A DNA stretch of 64,000 nucleotides, from positions 433,622-497,621 of the forward strand of contig MU058384.1 of assembly GCA_013265495.1 (NCBI GenBank), written 5' to 3'. The notes beneath the pieces are model-generated. The model ran no database searches, was not told the DNA's origin, and saw only the letters and a program-made list of their open reading frames with translations. Each line of letters begins with the position of its first letter. The first letter of the stretch is position 1. Source of the stretch: Vicugna vicugna. Lineage: Eukaryota. Shown here in pieces: positions 37,881 through 51,589 of the stretch. The position numbers and the translations under genes were made by a program.

Positions 37881-39329
37881 GGTAGGACATCTACTTTGTT
37901 CCATCATTTACTACTGATGGTCCTGTCAGAAAAGAATCAGTTTCACTCATCAGAGATAACTGCTGGGTACATTTTAGGTAGAATAAACATAGACTTTTTA
38001 GAGTATTCAAGATCAATTATGTGGAGGAAGAGAAAGCACTGTGTTCCAGGGCTGTGTATAAATAGCTGCATAGCACTCAGTCAAGTTGGGAGAATATCAG
38101 AGAGTTACATGTTTCAGTCAATGCTCTACACACTAACGGAGAAAATAAGATGATTGTTGATTTAGTTCCAGTTAAATTTTTCTTCACTTTTGTATATCCA
38201 TTAAATTAAGGTTTAAAATAATGAATTAGAAATTTAAAGTTCCATCAACTTACTTTCATGCTATAGAGTTAACTGTAGATAGATAAATGACAGTATATCA
38301 GCTTTTTAAATTATAAATAAGTAATAAAGTGCCATGAAGTACTATGGAGGTACTAATATTTGCAAGTATTCAAGCTTGTTTAAAGGAAAGCAATTAAATT
38401 TTAGCAGTGATTTGGGGAAAAGGGAAAGGTTCATGTTTGTTTATCTGTCATCATCTGTCATTCATCACTCATATATATTTTTATCTATCCATTCGTTTAG
38501 TAAACTTAATAGTTTATTAGTTACTGATAATTACTGATAAGCTGAAGTCTCTTAGTAGTCTCCTGATATAATTTCTGAAGTCTCAACTTACTTTCAGAAA
38601 TTTCGACTGTATGTAGGACAGTTTAAAGCAATAGACTCTTTGTCATTTTCACAAATAGTAGAGGGAATTCACAGTTCTCCCTATTCAAGAATGTCTGCCA
38701 AAAAGCTAATTCTGTTGGTTTTCTTGGATACATATGCAAAATCAGGAAGTGGTTACAAGATGAATTAAAAGAAAAATAGATGTTTTCATATTGTTTAATT
38801 TAGAGTATATTTTATATGGAAATTTAAAAAAAACTCAATATATTAAGAAGTCTGTAAACTTTATTAGCAGAAAAATTTGAGCATGAAAACTAATTTTATT
38901 GTATTCTATGTCTTGGAAACCAGCTGGGGCACTCAACATTTGCCATTTAACTGAACAAGTCACTATCAAGAAACAGATTGAGTGAAATTAAGTAGAAGTT
39001 TTATGCCTCTAATTATTAAGCAAAAGAACTAAGCTTTAAACACAAACTTAACTCAAAGGCATTGTTTCAAAATTGCATTAAAAAGTTACAAATGAACAAA
39101 TGCAACTTTGGCTAACAAGATTGCTTAAAGGATATTCTGTTTTTCCACTACGGGAAACAAGCAATTCTGGAGAATAAATAATTAAATAAGAAATATTAAT
39201 AAAGACAATTTAAAATAAGAACTAGAGGAATCTTAAAAATAAGATGTGACACTGATTTGCTAGTATACTTGAAAAATGCACACCTTCTTTCATAGTTAAA
39301 GAAGTAAAAATAAAATTTAAAACCATAAC

Positions 39330-41300
39330 TTTTTTTTCATTTTAGTAACTACTACTACACAAATTGATGTCTATCACAAAAAATTACATATATATGGGGT
39401 TAAAAGTGAAATTTCCTCTTTATCTACCTCTATACTTTCCTCTCCCTCCCTAAGTGTATGTAATCATTTGTATAATTCCAGATTCTTTCCTAGCATTATA
39501 AATGTTTCATTAGACAGATACAAAGATACACACTTATATACACAGATATGTAGGAGAAATAGAGAGAAAGATGTTCTGAGATGGATGAAATATATATAGT
39601 AACAGGCTTTGTTCTGCATAAATCGGATTATATTGTGTAGGTTTTTTCTATTCTAAATTCTTTGGATTTTCATCTTAACAATATATTTTGGTGATTTTTC
39701 CATATAATTATATCTACTGTATTCTTTATAACACCTGCATAGAATGTCATCATAAAAATGGGCCATAATTTATTAAAAATGTTTCTCTATTTTTGAACAT
39801 ATTTTCCTTGGCCTCTCAGAATAGTGTTACAAATTTACAATAGAGCTATAATTGTACAAAAGTGCATTAGTCCCCACAATCTTCACAACAAATATATTCA
39901 TTTTAAAGTTAGGATATTTTGTTATTTTATTTGTATATTCCATAGCATTTATTTGTGTATTACACATTTTTAAGTTGAAAGCCTGCTATGTTCCAAAATA
40001 TTCTAAGAACTGTGGACATAGTGATAACGCAAGTCAGGTTCCTGCTCTGATTTGGCATTTTCATTCTAATGAAGTGAAACAGTCAATACATATGCCAGCA
40101 AATTATGAACCAAACAAATTTTTAGTGACCACTTGATGATCTTTTACTGTGAATTGTCTATTTGTATAGTATACCCATTTAATAAAGTCTTTTACTTAAT
40201 TACTTTTCTTTCTAAATATATGTACTTCTCCAAATTTGATTTTTTGAACAAAACTTTTAAAGTATTAAAGATTTTTCTCTATAGTTGTATACGTTTTCCT
40301 TTGTAGACTTCTTCATGCTAATATTTAAGAAAAATAGAATTGTTTTCTTCTAGTACTTTCATTGTTTTAATTTTGCATTTAGGTACTTAATCAATTAATT
40401 TTTCCAAATGAATGGTCAACTGTTATGGTGGAATGTTTTGGTCAATTATTCCAACAGTGTTTATTGAATAGTTTATACTTTCTCTGCTGAATGTGGTTGA
40501 CAATTTAAAAATCACTGGTCAGTCTTTTTTTAAACAATTATCTGTTCTTTTTCCTATTTCTATACAATTTCCCCACTGTTTTAATTATTATAGCTATGTA
40601 TTTTAGCTATAGCTAAACTATTTTGATATCTTGAAGAACATGCCTCATCTCTGCTCATCTTTTCATAACATTCTTATATATCATTACTCGTTTTTTCTTC
40701 TTTTATGATTGCAGTCCCATTTAAAACATTTGGTGGTGGGGTGGGAGCTGGGTTCAAAGGAGTTACTTTGAATTTGTAGCTGAAATGAGGAAAATGGAAA
40801 TTTTATCATATGGAGATCTTATCCAGGAACAGGTACTTCATTTTATGTATTCAAGCCTCCTTTTTGTGTGCATTTAAAAATAATTTTATCACTGCACATT
40901 TTAGTTTTATTCATTTGTGGCATTACTCCTTTTTCCCTTTATTTTCTAATTTTTACTGTTTTTATTCTGGAAATTATATTGACTTTATATGTTGATCATT
41001 TATGCGGACTACTTCCTAAATTAGCTCATTCATGCAAACAATGTTCCAGGAAAATGTCTTGAATTTACTATGATAAAGAGCTATACAATGCAAATATTAA
41101 CAGTTTAAACTCTTTTCTACCTAACTTTTATGTTTTTTTTAATTTTTAAATTATCTTATTTCATCATGTAGGGTCTCTAGATCAATGCTGAAGAATGAAT
41201 TCAGTGACATAAAATATCCTTCCTTTTTCCCAAATCAAATTTTATCTTGAATCCTATTCCTTCTGAAAATATTCCATATAATCCATTTTAATGTATGCCT
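39330..41300 (-). mobile_element. Very old L1ME-type 3' region with a nested L2 fragment (about 39975-40090)
   Basis: 'cttaacaatatattttggtgatttttccatat', 'ttttactgtgaattgtctatttgtat', 'actgttttaattattatagct'. Nested L2-like 'gcctgctatgttcc...caggttcctgctct'. Confidence 0.6.
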
Positions 41301-41499
41301 TTGTTCATCATTATTTTTCTACTTATTTGTGTTACTTTGCTTTTTGGTGTGATAGATTCCAGGTGAAAATTGCTCAAGATTTTATAGAATTTTTCTTCTT
41401 GCTTTTAAACTCAAACTAGAAGTATTTGTTTTTATTGTTACTTTACTAAATTCACATTTATTTTAAAAAGGTTAAACAGTGTGTTTTATGTATATAAAA

Positions 41500-42370
41500 T
41501 TCAGTTAAGAAGATGGAAATCCCAAACTTCTGATGTATCTTGCAGCAGACCAGCGCCCCTTATAATAACAACCAGAAATAAAGAAAAAAAACGATTAAAT
41601 GCCAAAAGTATATTTTAAAAGTTATTAGAAAATGGCTTAAGTAAACAAGACCCTAGGGCCAAAAGAGGGAAATCTGTAGCTAATTCTATCCCTGAGGCAT
41701 TTGCCAATTCTTGGCACGAATCCTAGCCAAGGGCCAAGAATGATGGCCTCTGCTAATAGGAAAGAAGCCAGCACAGTTTTTGGCATTATCACAGGGCTGA
41801 AGAGACAAAAATGGAGTTTATGGATGCCAAAGCAACCAAGAATGGGAGGTAGCCAAAAACCTGATGAGATTGGAGGTATAGGGAACTGATCCAAAAACTC
41901 TGCCAATTTCCTCTTGAGACACATACTCAATATTTCGACTGCAAAAGGTAGGACAATAAAAAACTAGACAGAAAGCTGCTGGAGGGCAGAGCTAACTGTT
42001 CCACAGTCTCCCAGAGCAAAAAAGAAAAATTTGTAGTTCAGAAAATGTCAAGGAGGCGAGGCCTTTATAATCACCCCAGAATTTCAATTGGGATATTTTA
42101 AGGACAATAGCTAAATGCAGGGTAATGGACCTTATAAAGGCAGCAGTCAAATCCTGGTCAGTCCAGTGGCTGACTGGCCTAAGCTTGTCTACCTCCAGTC
42201 TATGCATCTTTCACAGGAGAGGGTGAACTCTCTATATAATGACACTATCATCCATTTACTTTAGAGCAGATGTTATTAACATGCCAGGAAAGCAGACTAA
42301 AAGATGCAGAATTTCACCAGAAAACTAGAATCTTTTAAATAAAATAAAAGAGATATTTTAGAAAGAAAAA
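41500..42370 (+). mobile_element. Old L1M 5' region fragment
   Basis: 'aagatgg' start motif and 'tttcaccagaaaactagaatc...gatattttagaaagaaaaa'. Weak, diverged similarity. Confidence 0.4.
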
Positions 42371-42374
42371 ACAT

Positions 42375-42722
42375 GCAGTATCTGTCCTAAAAACCATTAA
42401 CTGCAGTCAAATCATGAGGGCACCAGCTGAGGGATATTGTACAAAATCCCTGACCAGGACTTACCAAATCTGAAAAGGTCATCAAAAACAAGGAAAGTCT
42501 GAGAAACTGCCACAGTCAAGGGAGCCTAGAGAAACAGGGTGACTAAATGGGATGGATTAGACCATCAAACAGAAAAAGGACATTAGATAAATATTAAGGA
42601 AACCTCAATAAAATATGGGCATTAGTTAATCATAATGTATCAGTATTGGTTTGTCATATGTAAGAAATATTCCATACTACAGTAAGATGTTAATAAAAGA
42701 GGGAAATGTGTGCGAGGTATAG
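42375..42722 (+). mobile_element. L1MC/L1MD 3' UTR fragment
   Basis: 'aaggtcatcaaaaacaaggaaagtctgagaaactgccacag', 'cagaaaaggacattag', 'taatgtatcagtattggtt'. Confidence 0.8.
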
Positions 42723-43449
42723 AATAGGTTTCATATGTGTATTTCATTGTAATGATTACTAAGAATTTCCTATTATAGAAAACCCTTTTCCTCAACTCGC
42801 TCTTGGAGAATATAAGGTTTCAATCAATCAGATATTCTACTGATGGACAGTGATGCTGAATCCATTATCAAGGGTCATGGGAGAAAAAGCAGGGTGTTTT
42901 TCTTGGATCAGTCTGGAATGCTTTAGGAGAAAAGATCATAGAGAATGTTCTAAGTAATTAGAAAGTAAACTTGGCAAAGTGATTGTGAACATTTCTTTCA
43001 TGAACCTAGCCACCTTGTACAGAAGACAGAGAAACTTTCATCTGCTTTTATATAAGTGATCTTGAAGTGAATGAGGGGCAGGAATAATGTAAGAGAAATA
43101 ATCTAAAGGGTGCAAAGCAAAGGTTAGGAAGCAAGAACCCAGACATAAGGCAAGGTCAGAGGCAAAGGAAGAGCCCAGATTCAGTGGAGGCTGAGAAACA
43201 GGGACAGAGCTGGAATTGTCATATTCAGTAACAAAATTTGCAGTTACCCTGGAAGTAAATAAGGGCAGCAGATATAGGGAAGAAGAAGTAGACCTCTATT
43301 GATTTTGCTTATAAAAAATTCAATCATTAATTTAGAGTTTAAGTAGAGTTCTGGTATGTTCTTGCAATGAGAAATCTTCATAAAATGTACATGAATATAC
43401 TACTACCACTATGAAATTTATTTTTGCCACCAAGAGCTTGTTTATGGAG

Positions 43450-44008
43450 ATATCACCAGAGTTCAGAAACTCGGGTCTCACAAGGAAAAAAATAATCAAT
43501 ATCTGAAATGATAAAGGTAATAAATGGGGCCAATAATAGGTAGGGCAGGACACATCAGAAAACAGGGTTAATAAACTGAAACAGAGATTATTATAAAATA
43601 TACAGACTGAAGTGTGGAGAGCAAAAAGGTTTAAAAAAAAGAAAGAAAGAATGCAGCAGACAGAATAGATGAAAGAGGTCTATAAGCATGTCCTTGGAGC
43701 TTCAGAGAGGAAAGGAGAGACAGAATGGGGAAAACATTTGAAGAGATAATATGATATCAGAGAAATCTTCAAAACTGACAAGACATCTGACCACAGATTT
43801 GAGACACTACACACCTCAAGCAGAATAAATAACAGGAAAACCATAGCTAGGAATGCCGCTCTTAAACTGCTGTAAGCTAAAGGAAAAGAGAGACAAAGGA
43901 GGAGGAGGAGCTGAAGGAGAGAATGGGAAGGAACAGGAAGGGGAGAGGGAAGAGCAGAGGGAAAAAAGCACGTTAAATTTCAAAGGCACTGACTTTTCAA
44001 CTGACAAC
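43450..44008 (+). mobile_element. Old L1M ORF1 fragment
   Basis: 'aaacatttgaagagataat', 'cacacctcaagcagaataaataac', 'cactgacttttcaactgacaac'. Confidence 0.6.
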
Positions 44009-44274
44009 TAACTAGTTATGGGTATGTAATGTACAGCATGGTGACTATAGTTAATAATATTATACTGCATATATGAAAGTCACTAAGAGTAAATCTTAAA
44101 AGTTCTCATCACAAGAAAAAAAATTTTTTTAACTATGTGTGGTGATGAGTACTAACTATATTTATTGTGGTGATCACTTCACAGTATGCACAAATACTGA
44201 ATCATTACTTTGTATACTTGAAACTAATATCATGTTATATGCTAATTATATCTCAATAGAAAGAATAAAAAAAA
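44009..44274 (+). mobile_element. L1MA-type 3' end with poly(A)
   Basis: 'gtacagcatggtgactatagttaataata', 'aatcttaaaagttctcatcacaag', 'tgaaactaatatcatgttatatgctaattatatctcaata' and an A tail. Confidence 0.88.
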
Positions 44275-46090
44275 GTTTTTATTGTACCTTCACTTAATCC
44301 TTCTGATAGCATCTTTGATGCTCTTCCTACTTTATGTGGATCTGAATTTCTTACATATTTTTTTTCTCTTCTCTGAAGAATTTCTTTTAATATCTCTGGC
44401 AAGGCAGGTCTACTGGCAACAAATTCTCTCAATTTTTGTTTTTTGAGAAAGTCTTCCCTTTTGCAGGATAATTTTTCAAGGTACAAAATTATACATTAGT
44501 GAATTTTTTCTCTCAACACTTTAAAGATTTCACTCCATTCTCTTCTTGCTTGCATGGTTTTTGTAGGCTGATAGGTGAGACATTTTTTCCTTTTGCCTCT
44601 TTCAGGATTTTTTATGTTTGTCTTTTTTTGTAATTTGAAAACGATATGCCTAGGTATAGCTTTTTTTTTGTTTTTTGGGGTTTTTTTTGGCATTTAACGT
44701 GCTCGGTATTTTGTGTAATTTCTGGATCTGTGGTATGGTGTCTGAAGTTAATGAGGAAAATCTCAGTCATTGTTTTAAAACGTCTTCTTTTTTTTAAATA
44801 CTATCCTTTTGGTATCCCAATTATATATATGTTACACATTTGGTAGTTGTCGCACAGTTCTTGAATATATTATTCTGCTTTTTCAATCTCTGTTTTCTTT
44901 GCTTCTTAGTTCTAGGGCTTTCTATTGAGTCATTCTCAAGTGCAGAGATTCTTTCCTCAGCTGTGTCTAGTCTCCTAGTAAGCCCCTGAAAGGCACTCTC
45001 CATTTCTGTTTCAGTGTTTCTTATCTGTAGCCTTTCTTTTTGGTTCTATTTTAGGATTTCCATCTCTCAACTGACATGGGCCCATCAGTTCTTACATGCT
45101 GTTGATTTTATCAATTAATAATTGATTTTATCAATTAATATGCTTTTAGCATATTAATCATAGTTGTTTTTAATTCCCAGTCTGATCATTTCAACACCCC
45201 TGAAATATCTGATTCTGATGTTTACTCTGTCTCTTCTGATTAATGTTTTTTGCCTTTTGGTATGCTTTGTAACTTTTTCTTGATAGCAGGACATGACTTA
45301 CTGGGTAAAAGAAACTGCCCTTAAACAGCCTTTAGTTTTGTGATGGTAAGGTGCTGGAGGAGAGGAAGCATTGCGTAGGTCTTGAGTTTCAGTGAACCTA
45401 TGCCTCTGTAGGTGAACTGTGGTCTTCACAACAGTGATTGTTTGTTTGTTTTCTTCTCCATTAAGTGGGTGAGGATGGCTGGGGCTATATTTGAGTATCT
45501 CCCTTCTGCCGGGTAGGAGACTGGAGCTGACTGGAGTTGGGTCGTTCCTCCCCCCAGGTGAGTTACGTTCTGGTACCACTCCAGCAGACCAGGCTCTGCT
45601 TAATTAGTTTCGCCTGAGGGCAAGGCTTGTTAAGACCAGAGCGGCTGGGCGTGTTTCAAAATGGTTCCTCTCCCGCATCTCCTGTTGGGTGCAGGAGAGG
45701 ATTTTTCTCTGACAGTCACGGCGAAGAGCTGGTTAAGCTTTGGAGGGTCTCACAAAATTGTATGTCCTGCCCTATGACTGGGCCACCCTCGAATCTCCTG
45801 GGCTGCACTCAAATTCTATGCTGAGCCTCCAGCAATTAATCACTTAACGGACATTTTGCTAACCGGCATTGGTTCCCATGGAGGTTTCTGCTTGGGAGTC
45901 TGTGTTTAGGTAAGTTGCTACTCTTTATGTTGTCGCTTGTTAGTTTTTACAATCTTGGGAGCGTCAGTGTCTGTTAGCCCTGCGTCCTGACCGCTTTCAA
46001 GATTTTTTTTTTTTTCAGCCTGTTAAGCCTTCTACTTGTTAGTAGGACTGAGTGTAACTTTTAAGCATCTGACCAGCAGAACCAGAAGTC
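44275..46090 (-). mobile_element. L1MC/L1MD-type 5' UTR and frameshifted ORF1
   Basis: ORF1p remnants in the ORF track: RLDTAEERISALE (44821-45003), PRHIVFKL...TMQARREWSEIFKVLREK (44496-44693), KLREFVASRPALPEILKEIL (44253-44486). The minus strand starts gacttctggtttctg. Confidence 0.88.
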
Positions 46091-46749
46091 AGTCAGCATT
46101 TGTTACTGTTGATCAGCAGTGGAATTCCAAATAGCATTTCCAGGAAACTATGATAAAATTCACAGTGTCGGGAGCATATAGTTGTGAGCTGTTATAAAAA
46201 GCATAAAAACCCTAAAAATTCATGCTCCGCTTAATTTGGTAGGTTAATTGGGAGAAAAAACAAATAAGGTAGTTTTCTTTTTTTTTTTTTTCTCCTTTTC
46301 ACTGTTCTCAGCCTAAAGGGCTGGTGCATTAAAACCTCAGTCCTGTCCTCCACGCCTATGTTCTAAACCCTAACAGAAGCAGAAACAAGGGCTCAAGATA
46401 TCACCGATGTGTGGGCAAGAGACGCAGATTTGTATAATACATTCGATTCCCTGAGTGCCTGCTATACCATGTATTTCAAGCACAACAATCCTGAAAAACC
46501 TGTAGTTATTACACATAGAGATGATAAAATCAATGTTCAACTAATAAAACTGTATTCATTGTTTCAAATGATTTTCAGGAAATGTCTGTGATGGAATGTT
46601 ATTATCCTGAAAAGATAAATGAAGAAATCCATACCATTTTCAAGAAAGAAAAAAGTATAGTAAAATAGTCTAGGGATTATCATAATTTTAAGCTTGGATA
46701 GAAACAGGGATTTAGGTAATTATATCACAACCCCCCCCCAAATCTTGGC

Positions 46750-47100
46750 TTAGTTATTTGCTCTGTTTTATGAATTGTCTCCATTCTCAGAATACTTCTC
46801 TCTTTAGTGGCAAGGTGGCTTGGAGCCAATCAGTCTTGAATGCCCTGGGGTTAACAAGAAAGAGGGAAAATACCTCTTCCCAGTCACTGAAGCAATATTC
46901 AGATTGGTTGTGGTTGCCTTGGATCATGTGTCCATCCCTACAGTCTCACTGAGGATGAAGAATGGAACGCTCTGAGCTGGAGGGAGCTGTAGCCACAGGC
47001 TTGACCTGTGGAGCAGGTGGAGACAATATTACCTAAATTACCCCAGCTTAATGAGGGAGGAGTATTTCTCAAAATTTACAGGCTGAAACCAAGAAAAGTG
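46750..47100 (-). mobile_element. Old MaLR LTR (MLT1K/L-like) fragment
   Basis: 'cagattggttgtggttgccttggatcatgtgtccatccct' and 'gctctgagctggagg'. Confidence 0.4.
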
Positions 47101-47642
47101 TTACGATTTCTTTTGGGGGGCAGTTACTATAAGATTATGTATTAAACTGAAGGAAACAAATGTTTTTCCATATGTGAGTTAGTATAAATATCATGATAAT
47201 GATATATTGCCATTAGAAGAATCACCAAGATTATATATTCAAAGCTCACATTTTCGTAAGAGCTTCATTCTCTCCTTTACTCTTCATAAGTAGTTTCTTC
47301 ACTTGGAGCTTGATTTTTTCCCTGGGAAAAATTAAAGTTCTGCTACAAATCATGATTCATAGTTACTTGGGAACATAAGTTTAAATTGATACTTTTAGAA
47401 GTATTCTTAGGTGGTACAATTGAGGTAAGTGAAAGAAAAGATACATACAAATTCAAATCTATAAAAGTTAATTTTAAGGTATCAGATTTTACTGAAATGA
47501 TTTTTATGTCAGCTTTTGGTGTAAATGGCTATGACAGTTTGTTCATAATCTTTGTCCAAACTACTGCTATAAACGTTGAATAAGAAATATGTATTGAAAA
47601 CTACAATAGTTTGGTTAATTAAGGACAATCAACCAACCAAGT

Positions 47643-47688
47643 AAAAATAAAAACAAACAAAAAACAAAAACAAACAAACAAACAAAAC
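47643..47688. repeat. A-rich (CAAA)n microsatellite
   Basis: Read directly. Confidence 0.9.
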
Positions 47689-47724
47689 TAGAAAGCTTTT
47701 CTGGAAAACGGAGGTTAGAAATGA

Positions 47725-48215
47725 GGTAGCTTCATAGGTTAGGTTATCCAGGAGCAGCTTCTGAGATATTTACATGGAGGAAATGTGCATGCCGGAAGTT
47801 AATTTGGGAGTGTCCTAGCTGTCAGTAACTGCAAGTGAAACAAGCAGTGTTGCAGAGGAGAACGTGGGCGACCATAGAGTCATTGGGAAATAACCACAAC
47901 AAAAGCCAGTATCATACAGGGCGTCCTGGAGCTAACATGGCCCTGAACAATTGGCCTGAATTGAGGCAAATTGTCTGCTCACTCAATATCATGCATATTG
48001 CTCAATCCCTGGATGAGGTACTGCATCAGGAAGGTGGCATGACCTTGGGCAAAACAACTTCCTTTAGCTGAGGACAGTCTTTATGAAGGGGGCTGAGAAG
48101 TAAGGTGCTATCTGACAGTATGCCCAACAGCTGGGGAAATGAGTTTCAGTCTGGCTGTTAGGTTGGTGGTGGGGAAAGGGAGGATCTTAGCCTTGCTCTC
48201 AGTACCCTCTGCACT
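47725..48215 (-). mobile_element. ERVL solo LTR, LTR33-like
   Basis: 'ggttaggttatccaggagcagcttctgaga', 'ctggagctaacatggccctgaacaattggcctgaattgaggcaa', 'ggcatgaccttgggcaaaacaactcc', 'cagctggggaaatgag'. Confidence 0.7.
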
Positions 48216-50064
48216 GGAGCATTAATAGGATAACAGCACAAAATTATTGCTGTAAAAAGACAAATCACTTGTTTAGCAGGGACAAAGTAGAAACTCAAAA
48301 GATTACCTATTTAAATAAAGAACAGACATGTTCCAAGCATGACACTTTTTGGGTACCATAGATACAGCAGCTGATGCCACACAGACCTCATTTGAAATGA
48401 TGGAGGAAAAAAATAAATGGAATCCATTTGTTCTACAGAGAGAAATCTAACTGAAAAAGCTTAAAGTTCTTTCTGACCCTGTTTCTCTAATTCACATAAT
48501 TTAAACAGTCCTCTCCCTTTAATTTTCTGGTGTGTGCTTTTCAAGACCATGCTTTTTTCTTAATATATTCTGTGTATCCTAATGGACACAACAGAGAGGA
48601 AATGAGGACCTATGAAAATATATACCACAAGTACACATTTTAGCTAAAAATACTCAAGACTTCTAGTAATCCAAAGCAAATAGTACAAACTGCACTGGGG
48701 ATCACTTAAAGGTCAATTTTCAATATCATGTGCTTTTAGACTGAGCAAAGTAAATATAATGTTCTTGCACTTATTAAGCTAGAACGGTTTAAACATGAGG
48801 CATGAACCAATTAGATCGGCCTGTAGTACATTATCATTAAAAACAGTAATTATCTTTACTGCTAAGTGAATTGGTAAATTGCTCCTGACCTGCTCGCCCA
48901 TCTATTCATGAGACAGGCCAGATTGCTATTGTTTTCCTAAGGATTATATCCAGTGTGTTGGCCTCAGTGCAATAAACTTGAACTCTGAATGAAATTATCC
49001 CAATAATTTATGACGCTCTGTCTTTATGGAGCCATGTCTTTGAGTAGAGAATTTCTAAACCCGAAAAATGTCTGTTACTGCTCTTATTTATTTCACTATA
49101 AATCAAAAATTGTTTCTTAGCACTATGTTTTGAAGATTATCAAACTCTTAATCACAGAAAAGATCTGAAACATGCTCTGCCTTCTTAACTGACAACCAGA
49201 CTACTTTACCAGAAAACTCATTCCAATAAAATTTATGTTCTTTAGTGCAGTTTACCGTGGATGATGCACTACATATACTGTTTGCATTTTGCAAATGGAG
49301 CAATGAGTATATATTTGTAATTGAAAAAGTAACTTGATAGCATTTCTTCTGATACATTGTAGATATATGATTTCCCTTGAAATCTTGATGCCATTAAATC
49401 ATACCTGGTGTTTTAATGTTGTGAACATATGTCCACTTCAAATATATACACAGAAATCATAATATGAGTAAATTTCCATGAAAAACAACTTTGTATGAAT
49501 ACCATTTTAGACATGCTTTAGAGGAGGTTAATCCCAAGTTCTAAGAGACACATCGCTGGCTAGATCTCTGGTTAGACTTTCTCCTTCAAGAGGAGAAGGC
49601 AGACCTTGGCAAGAAGCCATAGCATAGACATCTTGGGTCTATGGCATATAGTGTGAGAAGGCTTCAAAAAAAAAAAAAGAAAGAAACTGTATAGGAAGGT
49701 ATTGAAGATTGATTGGTTACATGAAAGTTGCAGCAGCCTTTTTTTTGTAGTTAGTTGAGAGAAGGAGGGACCTTTGTCTTTGAAGTCCTTCTGAGGACCC
49801 ATAATAGCCCAGTAACCTAAGAGACAGACACTCAAGTTTTTATTTTAAATGGAACCCTTTATTGCACCCCCCCAAATTGCTGTCATGACCTCAGATTATT
49901 TCAGATTCACAGAAAAGTTTCTTTTTGTTTAAATGAAAGTTCTTTGTGGATTTTTCCATGGTTGAAGGAAAAGATAAAGGGATTAACAGTCAAATCTGGT
50001 GTAGATTAGTCCAGTAACTTCTTGTCTTTTCATTATCAAGAAGGATGTGAGATTTGCTGGTATG

Positions 50065-50275
50065 ACTGAGGATGCATCCATGGTAGGGGAATGATGTGTA
50101 AAGGCTCTGAAAGCAGAAAATCACTTGGAGTATTTACGGACTGAAAGAGATCAGTGCAGCTTGAGTTGAGTACTTGGAGAGTAGATGTGGTTGAAGGAGT
50201 AAATGGCATTCCCACCAGGAAAGCATTTGTCTGCTCTGATTAGTTCAGCCTTTATTTGAAGGATATGTAGGATGT
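50065..50275 (-). mobile_element. L2 fragment
   Basis: 'ggggaatgatgtgtaaaggctctgaaagcagaaaatcacttggagtatttacggactgaaagagatcagtgcagct'. Confidence 0.65.
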
Positions 50276-51589
50276 ACATTGTGATAATGGAGCTTCAACT
50301 TATTAATATTTGTTTGGGGATTTTGTTTATGATGTTATAGTTACATTGATTTATTGTGCACATGGTTTTTTTCTCAGCCAAGTAAGATAGAACAGTTTAA
50401 GCTCACGGCCTCAAATTGTGACATACAAAACTCAGAATTAAAAAAAAAAAGTCATCTTTAGCCTTTGAATTTCAAAAAGAAAATAAAATCTGAAAACAGG
50501 GAGGAGAATGCATGGTAATGCAAAGAAGAAATTTTGAATGCCTTGGACTAGGACGAACTCTCTTTTGTAGGGTTTGGGATAGTGGGAAGAGGAATATCAG
50601 GGATGAAATACACATGTGCCACAGAGAGCAGGGGACCTAAAGAAGCTCTGAGAGCGAGGTGAGGAGGACACAGCAGTGGCCTGTGTGTCTGGGGTTACTG
50701 TCTGAAGGCTGGAAGAGAGAATGGGTGAGGGAATGGATATCTTGTGTTATGTCTGTTTTGATCGAAAAGGCCCTTAACTGCATTGTCAGTTGACACAAAC
50801 TGTTAGATCCCCCACGTAGCCCTGTGTTAGTGGGACATAGCATATAAGCTACCTGAACTGAGAGGAACCCCTGAAGAAGGCCCAATTTGGGATTAATTTC
50901 TCGCACTTAATAAAATTGATCTTGTTAACTTCCTGTAGACCTTGGAAGGACACATTGCTCACATCCCACTGGGCTTTCAAAAAGAGAGCTAAAGCCAAAA
51001 AATACAACTTCTTTATACACTTACTGATAAGGGAGAAGTATCAGGACATTGTGCCTGGAAATCACTTCTGTGTTCTATTTAATCATAGCTATCAAAATTT
51101 AAAAAAATTTTTTTCTAGTCTTTACTATAATCTGTTAACCTAAGAATTCAGAACTGAAGCGACAAGCACTGTCTCATCCATGTTGATTCTAAATTGGACA
51201 TGTTGAAATTATTGGCAATAGTATATATTTTCATTATAAAATATATAAACAAAATATAGGGAGGAGACAAGCTTATGTTATATGAAATAGTAGCAGAATA
51301 AAAACAAATACAGTATTTGCAGTTAACACTTAAAGAATGATATTATTCTCGAATGTGTGGCAGAGCTGTTCCCATCATACATCTTTAAATGTTAAAGAAA
51401 CTCACCTTTCAAAAACTTTTCCTAGAAAGAGTAAAGATTTCTGTGTGAGGGAGTGCATTTTAAAATGTCTATTATTGGCAGAACAGAAGGTTGGCGCTCT
51501 GTATTGGTCCTACTGCCTTTAATGTGCTATCTGTACATACAACTTAAATTTGAAACCACTGTATTTACTGTATCGGAGAATTAAGCTTC

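Noticed and set aside
37647..37907. Lys/Glu/Arg-rich ORF
   Set aside because: It is the translation of a (TTTC)n low-complexity tract.
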